The notes beneath the pieces are model-generated. The model worked only from the letters and a program-made list of their open reading frames with translations, ran no database searches and was not told the origin of the DNA. From the NCBI GenBank assembly GCA_964645535.1, contig CAZYCQ010000053.1, positions 1 through 23,029 of the forward strand: DNA of 23,029 nt, in the 5' to 3' direction. Below are positions 8,264-16,798 of the stretch, in pieces. Both the position numbers and the translations under genes were made by a program. Each line of letters begins with the position of its first letter. Positions within the stretch are counted from its first letter, which is position 1. The stretch is from an uncultured archaeon (GTDB lineage: Archaea; Asgardarchaeota; Heimdallarchaeia; Heimdallarchaeales; Kariarchaeaceae).

Positions 8264-9915
8264 GGTTTCCACATTTTCTCCCTAACATAGCTTAGATATG
8301 CTTCTTTTTCTTTCTCTTTCCGCTCATTGGACCATCCAAGTTCATTACCCATCAAATCTGCCACATCGTCTAGTGCCTCAAGACCATTTCCTTTGCAAAA
8401 CGCAATCTGTATTCTTCTTCGCATAAAGTCCTCCATATGGCGGGCTTGTTCATAACGAGCTGCAACAACTGCCATTGCCCTGATGAAAGGGAGTCCTTGT
8501 ACCAGTGGTTTTGCAAGTTGAGGATCTTCTTTGATAACTTTCTCAACCAATTCAATGGACGAGCCATAATAGTGTATCAGAATTTCAACTTCACGTTCAG
8601 CCAAACCATATGTTTTCATGAAATGAGATTTTGTTTCAGCCACAAATTCTGTAAAGTCTCCCCACGGTTCATAATCCCCTCCCCATAAAGGCAATTTGGC
8701 GGTCATGCACTTGATTTTGCGTAAACCGAGATTTCGAATGACCCTGTCTACGATTTGCTGAGCCATCAATCGATAGGTGGTAAGCTTTCCTCCTGCAATG
8801 GAAATTACATCTCCATAATCCTTGATTGTATGCTCCCGACTTGTTTTTCTTTCATCCTTGCCAGGTTGATAGACCAACGGTCGAACCCCTGCGAATGTCG
8901 AGTAAATGTCCTCATAAGAGTAGTTTGCATCAGGGAAAAGCCTGTTCAACGCATCCAAGACATAGTCAATATCGGACTTGTCTGCAACCACGTCTTCTGG
9001 CTTTCCTTTCCAATCTGTATCTGTGGTTCCAACAATATCGTATTCACCCCAAGGCATGACGAAAATGGGGCGATCATCCGTGTTTGCAAGAAGAATACAA
9101 TGATCTTTCAACTTTGGTTTTACGGTCAAATGAACTCCCTTTGTTCTCCGCACTCTTATCGATCCATCAAATTCGTCGTCCAAATCTTCTGTGAAATCTG
9201 CCCAAGGTCCTGTCGCATTAACCATGATCCTGGTTTTCACCTCAAATTTCTCTCCTGTCTCTTTGTCATGGATTTCTAACAAGATTCCTTCTTCCACCCT
9301 TTTCCAATGGACAAGCTCTGCATAGTTGAGAGCATCTCCATGACCCGCCAATCCATCCAAAATATTCGCCAAGACAAGCCTCGAATCATTGGTTCTAGTA
9401 TCAAAATAATAGGCACCCTTTACTATATCCTCATTGTTGACTACAGGAAACCTCTCAATTAATTCTTCTCGTTTCATCATCCTGTGCTTTCCAATCCTCT
9501 TAGGAAATGCAAGCAGATCATAAAGCCACAATCCCATCCTGACCATCCATGGCTTTTGTTTAGTCCAAGAATAGAGAGGAATCACAAATGGCATGACTGT
9601 AGAGAAATGTGGTGTCATATCCGCCACGATTTTTCGTTCTAGGGCAGCTTCTCTAACCAACTTAAATTCAAAATTCATAAGGTATCTGAGACCTCCATGG
9701 AGAAGTTTGGAACTCTCCGAAGAGGTACCGCTTGCAAAATCATCTTTCTCAACCAATGCCACATTCAAACCCCTGAGCATGGCATCACGAAATATTCCTG
9801 CACCTGTAACGCCTCCTCCGATAACCACTACATCATAGACTCGATCCTTCATGCGTTTAACAATGGTTTCACGATCTGGAAGTGTCTCTTCAAGCTGAAA
9901 ATCCATAATATCCAA
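8260..9915 (-). CDS. glpD: FAD-dependent glycerol-3-phosphate dehydrogenase/oxidase (GlpD/GlpA family)
   Basis: VIGGGVTGAG dinucleotide-binding motif, DFASGTSSESSKLLHGGLRYL, NATGPW, KGVHL, GTTD, AGVRPL and GGKLTTYR. Alternative ATG start at 9906. Confidence 0.93.
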   Translation of the reverse strand: MDIMDFQLEETLPDRETIVKRMKDRVYDVVVIGGGVTGAGIFRDAMLRGLNVALVEKDDFASGTSSESSKLLHGGLRYLMNFEFKLVREAALERKIVADMTPHFSTVMPFVIPLYSWTKQKPWMVRMGLWLYDLLAFPKRIGKHRMMKREELIERFPVVNNEDIVKGAYYFDTRTNDSRLVLANILDGLAGHGDALNYAELVHWKRVEEGILLEIHDKETGEKFEVKTRIMVNATGPWADFTEDLDDEFDGSIRVRRTKGVHLTVKPKLKDHCILLANTDDRPIFVMPWGEYDIVGTTDTDWKGKPEDVVADKSDIDYVLDALNRLFPDANYSYEDIYSTFAGVRPLVYQPGKDERKTSREHTIKDYGDVISIAGGKLTTYRLMAQQIVDRVIRNLGLRKIKCMTAKLPLWGGDYEPWGDFTEFVAETKSHFMKTYGLAEREVEILIHYYGSSIELVEKVIKEDPQLAKPLVQGLPFIRAMAVVAARYEQARHMEDFMRRRIQIAFCKGNGLEALDDVADLMGNELGWSNERKEKEKEAYLSYVREKMWKP

Positions 9916-10008
9916 TGTTCAATATATCATCCTTTTGAAATATTTTGGCTCAGCTAACGGAGTTTCTTTCACTTTGATCGATTAAATCTCATCATATTTC
10001 CACTTCCA

Positions 10009-10893
10009 ATGGAATCGCTTATTGAGGTGGATATTGTCACTTCAACTGTGATCCCTGAATTCATCATCAAAACTGATGTACGGAAATGGTTGGAAGAAGA
10101 TATCCCTTACCTTGATTTGACTTCCCGCTTAGTACCAGATAAACATGCTCTTGCCCATATCATTGCAAAACAAGATGGGGTTATATGCGGAACAGAAATT
10201 GCACGATTGGTTTTTTCAGAAACTGGCGTCACTTCCATCATGCCCAAGATTCACGATGGGGGATTGGTGAATAAAGGCGATACAGTCATCGAACTTCAAG
10301 GCAATGCAAAAAACATTCTTCTTGGAGAAAGAGTAGCGCTCAATATACTTGGTCATCTGTCGGGAATTGCCACTCAAACTCGCAGGTTGGTTCAGAAATT
10401 ACTTGATAACGGTTTGGAAACACGCATTGCCGCAACAAGAAAAACACTTCCCGGACTCAGAAGATATGAAAAATATGCAGTTGAAGTGGGGGGCGGTGAT
10501 ACCCATCGCCTTTCCCTAAGCGATATGGTGCTGTTGAAAGAGAATCACTTGGCTGAATTTCCTTCCATCACAAAGGCTTTGGAAGTGGTTAGAGACAAGC
10601 TATCGTTTTCCAAGAAAATTGAAATTGAGGTCAAGAATGAAGATGAAGCCTTTGAAGCTGCTACCACGCACATTCCTGATGTCATCATGCTTGACAACTT
10701 CTCTCCCAAAGAAACAGAGAAGATCATTCCCCGTCTCAAAGACCTCTATCCCGATGTTCTGATTGAAGCTTCCGGTGGGATCACTCCACAAAATGTCATC
10801 GAATATGCCAAAGCAGGTGTTGATATAATTTCTATGGGATATCTGACCCATTCCGTGAAGAATTTTGATCTAAGCCTTCTCATTAGAGATTAG
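10009..10893 (+). CDS. nadC: Nicotinate-nucleotide pyrophosphorylase (quinolinate phosphoribosyltransferase)
   Basis: GERVALN, SGIATQT, ATRKTLPGLRRYEKYAVEVGGGDTHR, KENH, IEIEV, MLDN, EASGGIT and GVDIISMGYLTHS. Confidence 0.97.
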   Translation: MESLIEVDIVTSTVIPEFIIKTDVRKWLEEDIPYLDLTSRLVPDKHALAHIIAKQDGVICGTEIARLVFSETGVTSIMPKIHDGGLVNKGDTVIELQGNAKNILLGERVALNILGHLSGIATQTRRLVQKLLDNGLETRIAATRKTLPGLRRYEKYAVEVGGGDTHRLSLSDMVLLKENHLAEFPSITKALEVVRDKLSFSKKIEIEVKNEDEAFEAATTHIPDVIMLDNFSPKETEKIIPRLKDLYPDVLIEASGGITPQNVIEYAKAGVDIISMGYLTHSVKNFDLSLLIRD

Positions 10894-12389
10894 ACAGAAT
10901 CAATGATCTCTTTCCTTACTCCGCTTATCTCTTGTAAAAATTTCTTCCTATCCGTTCTCAGTTCTTCCATCCGTTTCTTGTATTCCTCGTCTCCATAAAA
11001 GGTTCGAGGATCAAACTTTGAAAATTCGGTCTTGAAATCCTTCCCTTTCACGCTCTTTGGAATTTCATATCCCAGATCCTCATCGAATTCCCATTCAATC
11101 TCTCCCCTGAGCGCCGCTTCAATGAAGAAAATGGAATCCTTCACTCCGATGTCATTGCTTTCATTTCCGACAAATCCTGTATTCACTAGGAATGATTGTG
11201 AAGATGGTTTTCGGGCGACAACTTCTGCCATGCGATTGACATTCAGTCCCTTGTTCGAAATGATGAACGGGTCAAACCCGACTACCCTTCTGGGTTCCCC
11301 TACTCGATTGGGGTCTTCTGCAGAAGTGACAATGGATTCTCCCAAGGCATAATATGCAGCAGACTGTTCCGGACTGACCAATCTGCCAATAGGTGGAAGT
11401 TCTGGTCTTCGGGTGTTGTAGAGTATAAAGTCTAAATTGGGTAAATCAATAGTGTCTCCGGTTCCTCTCAAAGTCTCACGAGCGATCACTGCACGGGTAT
11501 TTTGAGCAACAGAGAAGTTCTTCCAATCAACTTTACCATTCTCGTCCACATAGACATTCTCCATAATGTTGCCGGGTTGGATTGTGGCCGTGGTCAGTTG
11601 CTCATGCTCTGGGAAAGAATCACATTTTACATAGAACCCTTTTTCTGTACCGTATACATTGCTCTCAGAATCAATGAGGCAAATGTCATCTTGAAGGATG
11701 AGAACTCCCTCCGGAGGTTGAAGGCCATGGTCATGACAGGTCAAGGTGGTCTTTCCAGTTCCGGACAGACCGAAAATGATCATTCCAAAATCCTTCAACT
11801 CCTCTCCCATCTTCAGTTTATAGACCTTGGAGCCTGCATGGACTCCAAGACCATTTTTATCCGTTCGCATGATCTCCATTGCCATACGAAGAATGCTCAT
11901 CTTTGCCTCTCCATAATAATCGATTCCCAATACATACGTCATTCTTCGTTTAGGATCGACAATGACTCTACGTTCCGGATAGTGGGGAACATACAGGGTC
12001 ATGATGTCTGGATTCTCATGGGGCTCGTCGGCAACAAAGAAATTCCGTTCCATCATCAAGGCAATGTTCGCATTTTTCTTGTAGACCGCCATGGTTGCCT
12101 TCATCCTGATTGCAGGATTTTCTCCCACAAACACATGCATGACCACGAAATCTTCGGGATTAATCATCTCGAATACTTTATTTATGACCTCCTCATTTTC
12201 GGGATCATCATCCTTCAAGATGTGGGTAAACGCTGCGGATCTTGCAGTAATCTTCGAATGGAATAATGGATTTCCAAACTCGTTTTTGATCATCTGAGGG
12301 GAAGCTAAATCATAAAGTCTTTCCTTGGGAGGATTGACCATTTCAGAGGGGACTTTAGAGACAAATTCCAAGAATTTGTTCTTGAACAT
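10890..12389 (-). CDS. pckA: Phosphoenolpyruvate carboxykinase, ATP-type fold (divergent archaeal-like form)
   Basis: YYGEAKM, GVHAGSK, P-loop IFGLSGTGKTTL, kinase-2 ILQDD, GTEKGFYVK, MENV and NTRA motifs. Confidence 0.88.
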   Translation of the reverse strand: MFKNKFLEFVSKVPSEMVNPPKERLYDLASPQMIKNEFGNPLFHSKITARSAAFTHILKDDDPENEEVINKVFEMINPEDFVVMHVFVGENPAIRMKATMAVYKKNANIALMMERNFFVADEPHENPDIMTLYVPHYPERRVIVDPKRRMTYVLGIDYYGEAKMSILRMAMEIMRTDKNGLGVHAGSKVYKLKMGEELKDFGMIIFGLSGTGKTTLTCHDHGLQPPEGVLILQDDICLIDSESNVYGTEKGFYVKCDSFPEHEQLTTATIQPGNIMENVYVDENGKVDWKNFSVAQNTRAVIARETLRGTGDTIDLPNLDFILYNTRRPELPPIGRLVSPEQSAAYYALGESIVTSAEDPNRVGEPRRVVGFDPFIISNKGLNVNRMAEVVARKPSSQSFLVNTGFVGNESNDIGVKDSIFFIEAALRGEIEWEFDEDLGYEIPKSVKGKDFKTEFSKFDPRTFYGDEEYKKRMEELRTDRKKFLQEISGVRKEIIDSV

Positions 12390-12496
12390 ATGCGCGCAAA
12401 AATTTCATTTCTTAATTGCTTTTTGATGCTTACATGATTCATGGAAATTACTGCATATGCAAATCTTGAAATCCTTAACATCCTCCATTAATTCAA

Positions 12497-13789
12497 ATGG
12501 AGTTCTTGTCCCCACAGGACTTCTTTGAAAGAATACCTGAACTCGGTAAAATCAATCTTGAACTCTGCGTCACCTGCAAAGGAACTCAACTCAAATGTGG
12601 AATGAAATCATGCCCCATTCTGAAAGCTTTCGAGATCAAGCCAAAGGCAACCGAAAGAATTGAAACCATCTCATTCGGCAAGACTATTCATGGACCTTCT
12701 CCTCAAGTTTTTGTCGGAAGCGGTAATTATCCCTCGGTTTTTGCAGGTCCCACATCTCTATTGTTTCCGGATCAACTGGATCCTCGAAAGGTTGCTGATC
12801 CCAAACAATGGATAAATCTTTCATTGGATGAAATCATTGAAATGAGATATTCAACTGCACAAAACCTCAAGCAGGTCAAACAAATTCAAAATCTTTCTGA
12901 ACCGCATGTCTCTGCCATGCAGGAAGTGGCACTTGCATCAAATGTCGTTGAAATTGAAGGGGAACTAGAAAGAACAATTAAAACAACCGCAACTTTTGAT
13001 CCGATTACCCAACCCTTCGGTCCTAGAACTGAAATACGAAAATTTGCAGTCACCACCAATCCAAAAATTCCAAAAAAAGTAGATATGGTTCTCAATGATG
13101 ATCTCCCTGCAACCATTCAATTACATGAACTTCATCAAGCCGGCTTTGATGTGTATTACCTGCAAAATGTGTTCTCCACTGGACTGTTCGGTACAAAGAA
13201 TCGACAAAAGATTGTTCCCACTCGTTGGTCTATCACAGCCATCGATGATTCCCTTGGACGGGCAAAAATAAGGAAATTAAAAGATATGCCTTCAGTCAAC
13301 GAAATCCTTGTATTTCAAGGAGGAATATTGGGAAACTACTTTACCATCGCCCTTTTTCCCGGGTCTTGGAAATTCGAAAATTTTGAAGTTTGGGCCGCCA
13401 ATTCCATCTATACTCTCGGAACCAAAGGTTTTCTTTCTGTCGATTCCGAGGGCTTTGATGTCCAAACTCAATACAAGGGAAGATCCAAATATGCTAGCCA
13501 AGCGGGAGGATATTACGCAGCAAGGCTTGCTGTCTTGGAATACCTGATGAAAAATAATCGACAAGCAACCGTTCTTTCCATAAGAGAAATCACACCTGAA
13601 TATACCATTCCGGCAGGGGTATGGGTCGTGCGAGAAGCTGCCCGATCCGCCATGAAAAATCCCCCTCTCAAATTTCAGTCAAAAGATGAATTGAAGGATT
13701 GGCTTGAGATCAATATCCAAAGACCATTAATCGATATCACGCAAAAATCCAAGATCCTCGGTCAACAATCCCTCTTGGAATTTCTCTAA
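12497..13789 (+). CDS. nreA: Nre family archaeal DNA repair protein
   Basis: N-terminal Zn finger CVTCKG...CGMKSCP, GPSPQVFVGSGNYP, VPTRWSITAIDD, GGYYAARLAVLEYL, GVWVVRE, and a C-terminal PIP box QQSLLEFL. Confidence 0.92.
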   Translation: MEFLSPQDFFERIPELGKINLELCVTCKGTQLKCGMKSCPILKAFEIKPKATERIETISFGKTIHGPSPQVFVGSGNYPSVFAGPTSLLFPDQLDPRKVADPKQWINLSLDEIIEMRYSTAQNLKQVKQIQNLSEPHVSAMQEVALASNVVEIEGELERTIKTTATFDPITQPFGPRTEIRKFAVTTNPKIPKKVDMVLNDDLPATIQLHELHQAGFDVYYLQNVFSTGLFGTKNRQKIVPTRWSITAIDDSLGRAKIRKLKDMPSVNEILVFQGGILGNYFTIALFPGSWKFENFEVWAANSIYTLGTKGFLSVDSEGFDVQTQYKGRSKYASQAGGYYAARLAVLEYLMKNNRQATVLSIREITPEYTIPAGVWVVREAARSAMKNPPLKFQSKDELKDWLEINIQRPLIDITQKSKILGQQSLLEFL

Positions 13790-14691
13790 TCTACCCTCAT
13801 CTTTTCCTTCAACTGCAAAACAAACTCTTCAGCCATACCTTGCTTGAACCATTCATAACCCACTTCCATAAAGGCATCCTTCATTTTGCGATAATCCATG
13901 AAGATTTGCGTCAGCTTTGGTATCTTTTCACTGATAAGATTGAGCATTTTCTGGGCAACAATCCTGATCTCTTTCTGGGCATGACTGTCCAAGCGCAAAT
14001 CCAGAAAATGGAAAAGATTGTGCAAATCCATTTTGAAAGTAAATGTGGTCATCATATGTTGTGGAAGAAACTGCCTCGCAGTTTCTGGAGCAACCCCTCT
14101 ATCAATCAGATCGAAATAGAGCTCGATGCTTTCCCTTGCTAAATCATAGGCTTTGTCATAATGCTCCTTGAATTGGGGATCTGCATAGAGAATTACATTT
14201 CCACTTCCCTGTTTGGTTACGGTTGTATCTTTTGTACGTAATTCAAAATTGAACATCGACAGTCCTTGAGTTGTATACCTTCTGCTCACTTCATTGATTG
14301 AGGCAGTGCGGTGGCGATGCATCTGTCTGGCCACAAAAAGAGGGACATGAACAAGAAACAGGAACTCAATATTCTCAAATGGACTTGTGTGACGGTGCCA
14401 TAACAGGTAACGGGCAAGCGCCACATCCTGCTCTTCCGTTCTCCCCTGTTCCTCCGTAAATAATCGACCATAGGATATTCTTGCAACTCTTGCAGGCTTA
14501 CGATCATTGTCCAATTTCATCATGTCCAGTAATTGGACATCAATGTCCTGGAATTCTACCCGGATATTCTCTCCTGACTTAAGAGTGATCTCAACAGGAT
14601 CCGGACTGAACTCTGATTCAATCCTCTCTTCTTCAACCATGCTCTGACTTGACCCCTCCTTTTTTTTGTGTAATGCTTCAGGCGCTATCAA
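13786..14691 (-). CDS. thyX: FAD-dependent thymidylate synthase ThyX
   Basis: ThyX motif RHRTASINEVSRRY, plus ARISY, HTSPFE, GVAPETARQFLP and LRLDSHAQKEIR. The real start may be the ATG at 14640, which has AGGAGG upstream. Confidence 0.95.
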   Translation of the reverse strand: MIAPEALHKKKEGSSQSMVEEERIESEFSPDPVEITLKSGENIRVEFQDIDVQLLDMMKLDNDRKPARVARISYGRLFTEEQGRTEEQDVALARYLLWHRHTSPFENIEFLFLVHVPLFVARQMHRHRTASINEVSRRYTTQGLSMFNFELRTKDTTVTKQGSGNVILYADPQFKEHYDKAYDLARESIELYFDLIDRGVAPETARQFLPQHMMTTFTFKMDLHNLFHFLDLRLDSHAQKEIRIVAQKMLNLISEKIPKLTQIFMDYRKMKDAFMEVGYEWFKQGMAEEFVLQLKEKMRVD

Positions 14692-14737
14692 ATTATCATA
14701 GATTTAAATATCTCCAAACCCCTTCATTCTTTAGTCA

Positions 14738-15481
14738 ATGAAGAATCCATTTGATCCTGAATTTCAATTTCTCAAAAAAGCACTAGAACACCCTCTCAAA
14801 TTGGCAAGAAAACAAGCATTGCTCCAAATAGAGGATCAGAGACTTCTTCAAAAATTTGTCATGAAATCCAATGATGTCGATCTCAAGACCATTGCCTTTT
14901 ACAAGATCAAAGATGAAGAAATCATCAAGGAACTCGCCTTTGCCTCATTGGATCCAAACCTCAGACTTTATTCCATAGTCAACCTCAAACACCAGAATGA
15001 TGGAATTTTCGAATATTTTGTCAAGGAGGATCCTAGTTTCATTGTCAAACGAGAGGCTCTTGAAAAGATCAAGAATCAAGATACCCTGATCAAATTAATT
15101 AAGGAATTGGATGATCCTTCCCTGAAGAAAATTGCCCTTTCAAAAATCGCAGATGATTATACCCTCCGACGAATTGCAATTCGTGATCACAATCCAAAAA
15201 TACGAATCTATGCCCTTCGTCAGTTAACTCGACACGATGATCTCTACCTGTTCCAAAGAGCCTTGAAAGACCCCGATTTCTTTGTCAGGGAAACGGCATG
15301 CAGAATGATCCGGGATCAAAAAATCCTTTCAAAACTTGCCCTTGAAACCAATGATGCACTGCTGGCAGAACAAGCCATCATACAGATCCGTGACCTAGAT
15401 GAACTTGCCATGCTGAGAATGTTGGCTCCAGTTCATCTTCAACATACCATTGCCAAACGAATTAAGGAACTGACCGATTGA
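14738..15481 (+). CDS. HEAT-like helical repeat protein
   Basis: Recurrent ~24-26 aa units such as D-x2-L-x2-(I/L)A-x2-D-x4-(V/I/L)R-x2-A-x2-(K/Q)I (EDPSFIVKREALEKI, DHNPKIRIYALRQL, DPDFFVRETACRMI). Confidence 0.8.
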   Translation: MKNPFDPEFQFLKKALEHPLKLARKQALLQIEDQRLLQKFVMKSNDVDLKTIAFYKIKDEEIIKELAFASLDPNLRLYSIVNLKHQNDGIFEYFVKEDPSFIVKREALEKIKNQDTLIKLIKELDDPSLKKIALSKIADDYTLRRIAIRDHNPKIRIYALRQLTRHDDLYLFQRALKDPDFFVRETACRMIRDQKILSKLALETNDALLAEQAIIQIRDLDELAMLRMLAPVHLQHTIAKRIKELTD

Positions 15482-15517
15482 GAAATAAGCGCCTTCTTTT
15501 TAAACCACGACAACACA

Positions 15518-15931
15518 ATGACAATAATGATTGAATCCAATGACCCAGAAATTTCCACCCTTGTGATCACTGATTTGGCCAAGAATGCAGTACTCAAAGC
15601 AGTTGAAAACATTGATCATGAATGGTATCTCCGAATCTTTGTCCAGAATTCACCAAGAGGTCTCCAATATGCAATGGCGATCGATACCCGAATTCATTCA
15701 CAGGATGAAGTGTTTGATATCGATAACATGAAGGTAGTGATAGACAACATCAGTTTCCCTTTCGTCAAAGGTGCAACCGTCGATTTTGTTGATTCAGGAC
15801 AATCATCCGGCTTTAAAATCACCAACCCTTATGTTGATCTTTCTGCCATTGGCGGTAGCTGCTGCTCCGGTGGTTCATGCGGAGGGGGAAGTTGTGGTGG
15901 GGGGTCATGTGGCTCTGGTGGTTGTTGCTAG
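15518..15931 (+). CDS. HesB/IscA/ErpA (A-type Fe-S carrier) family protein with atypical Cys/Gly-rich tail
   Basis: ITDLAK, LRIFVQ, QYAMAID and VVIDNISFPFVKGATVDFVD...SGFKITNP match the A-type carrier core. The Cys pattern is non-canonical (see findings). Confidence 0.85.
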   Translation: MTIMIESNDPEISTLVITDLAKNAVLKAVENIDHEWYLRIFVQNSPRGLQYAMAIDTRIHSQDEVFDIDNMKVVIDNISFPFVKGATVDFVDSGQSSGFKITNPYVDLSAIGGSCCSGGSCGGGSCGGGSCGSGGCC

Positions 15932-16725
15932 AAACTGCTTCTTCGTTTGATCATCCGATCCGTCGTGAAAACAGTCACATCATGTAATTCCTGCTTGTTG
16001 ACCAAATCCAAGATCAATTGTGTCACTTGATCCTCTGGCAACCCGAACTCCTCCGCCAGATCTTCAAAATGAATGCTTTCCGCCCCCTCCTCCCATCTTT
16101 TCTTGACATGCTCAATAAGGAGCTCCGGAACTTCATCCCGATGCATCAATCTTCCACTCTTGAACCTGACCACAGGACTTTTCTCCTGAACCAACCAATC
16201 CCCGACAAGCTCCTCCAAAACTTCTCGATACTCCATATCCGCCAAGATGTCCTCGAGAGTATGTTCTTCCTCCAATAGGTCGTATGAAGACAATCTGCTT
16301 TCCCAAAGACGGCGAAGGTATGGTAGATAGAACACATGTGTTTCTGTGAAATGGTAATCGTTCAACTTCTGCTTCCGTTTCAATTCATCCTTCAGCGCTA
16401 TGATGGATCGTTTCTTTGAGAGCTGAAGTTTCTCCGAAATTTTTTCGATGGAAACAGGGTTTTTCCTTACCTCTTCAAGAATCTCATTGAAAATGGGTGT
16501 CGGATCTCCTGGTATGAACCACCCCTTCTTCCCAACAAAACGTCCCGCAATCCTCTTGGAATGCACTAGTTCCTTCATCACTTTCAAAAGAACTTCTGGT
16601 TCAACAGGGCTTTCTTCAAGTGATGTGATCTGAACAGGCCGTTCAAACCTGTAATTCAAGAGGAATTCTTCAGCCTTCTGCTCCGGAGATTTTCCCTTGC
16701 CGAAGATTTTCTTGAAAAATGACAT
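15928..16725 (-). CDS. Hypothetical tandem winged-helix (PCI/UFL1/DDRGK1-like) protein
   Basis: Likely start MSFFKKIFG (ATG at 16725; the ORF extends to 16776). Repeated WH-like segments: KELVHSKRIAGRFVGKKGWFIP, VSIEKISEKLQLS, SIHFEDLAEEFGLPEDQVTQLILDLVNKQEL. Confidence 0.65.
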   Translation of the reverse strand: MSFFKKIFGKGKSPEQKAEEFLLNYRFERPVQITSLEESPVEPEVLLKVMKELVHSKRIAGRFVGKKGWFIPGDPTPIFNEILEEVRKNPVSIEKISEKLQLSKKRSIIALKDELKRKQKLNDYHFTETHVFYLPYLRRLWESRLSSYDLLEEEHTLEDILADMEYREVLEELVGDWLVQEKSPVVRFKSGRLMHRDEVPELLIEHVKKRWEEGAESIHFEDLAEEFGLPEDQVTQLILDLVNKQELHDVTVFTTDRMIKRRSSF

Positions 16726-16798
16726 GAGTCTCTTTTTTCTTGGTTTTACAAATATATTGCGATCAAACTCCTCCAATACCCCAATTGCGTTGTGTCAT

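Noticed and set aside
8260-9915. FAD oxidoreductase between nadA and nadC being NadB (L-aspartate oxidase)
   Set aside because: It carries GlpD signatures (SSKLLHGGLRYL, GGKLTTYR), not the NadB/fumarate-reductase-family motifs.
11502-12266. 254-aa plus-strand ORF, and similar antisense or alternate-frame ORFs such as 8755-9279, 181-585, 3347-3727 and 7420-7803
   Set aside because: They lie entirely within well-supported genes on the opposite strand and show no recognisable motifs, so they are shadow ORFs.
15641-15670. Selenocysteine at the missing first Cys of the HesB-like protein
   Set aside because: The segment reads GTC CAG AAT TCA CCA AGA GGT, with no in-frame TGA.
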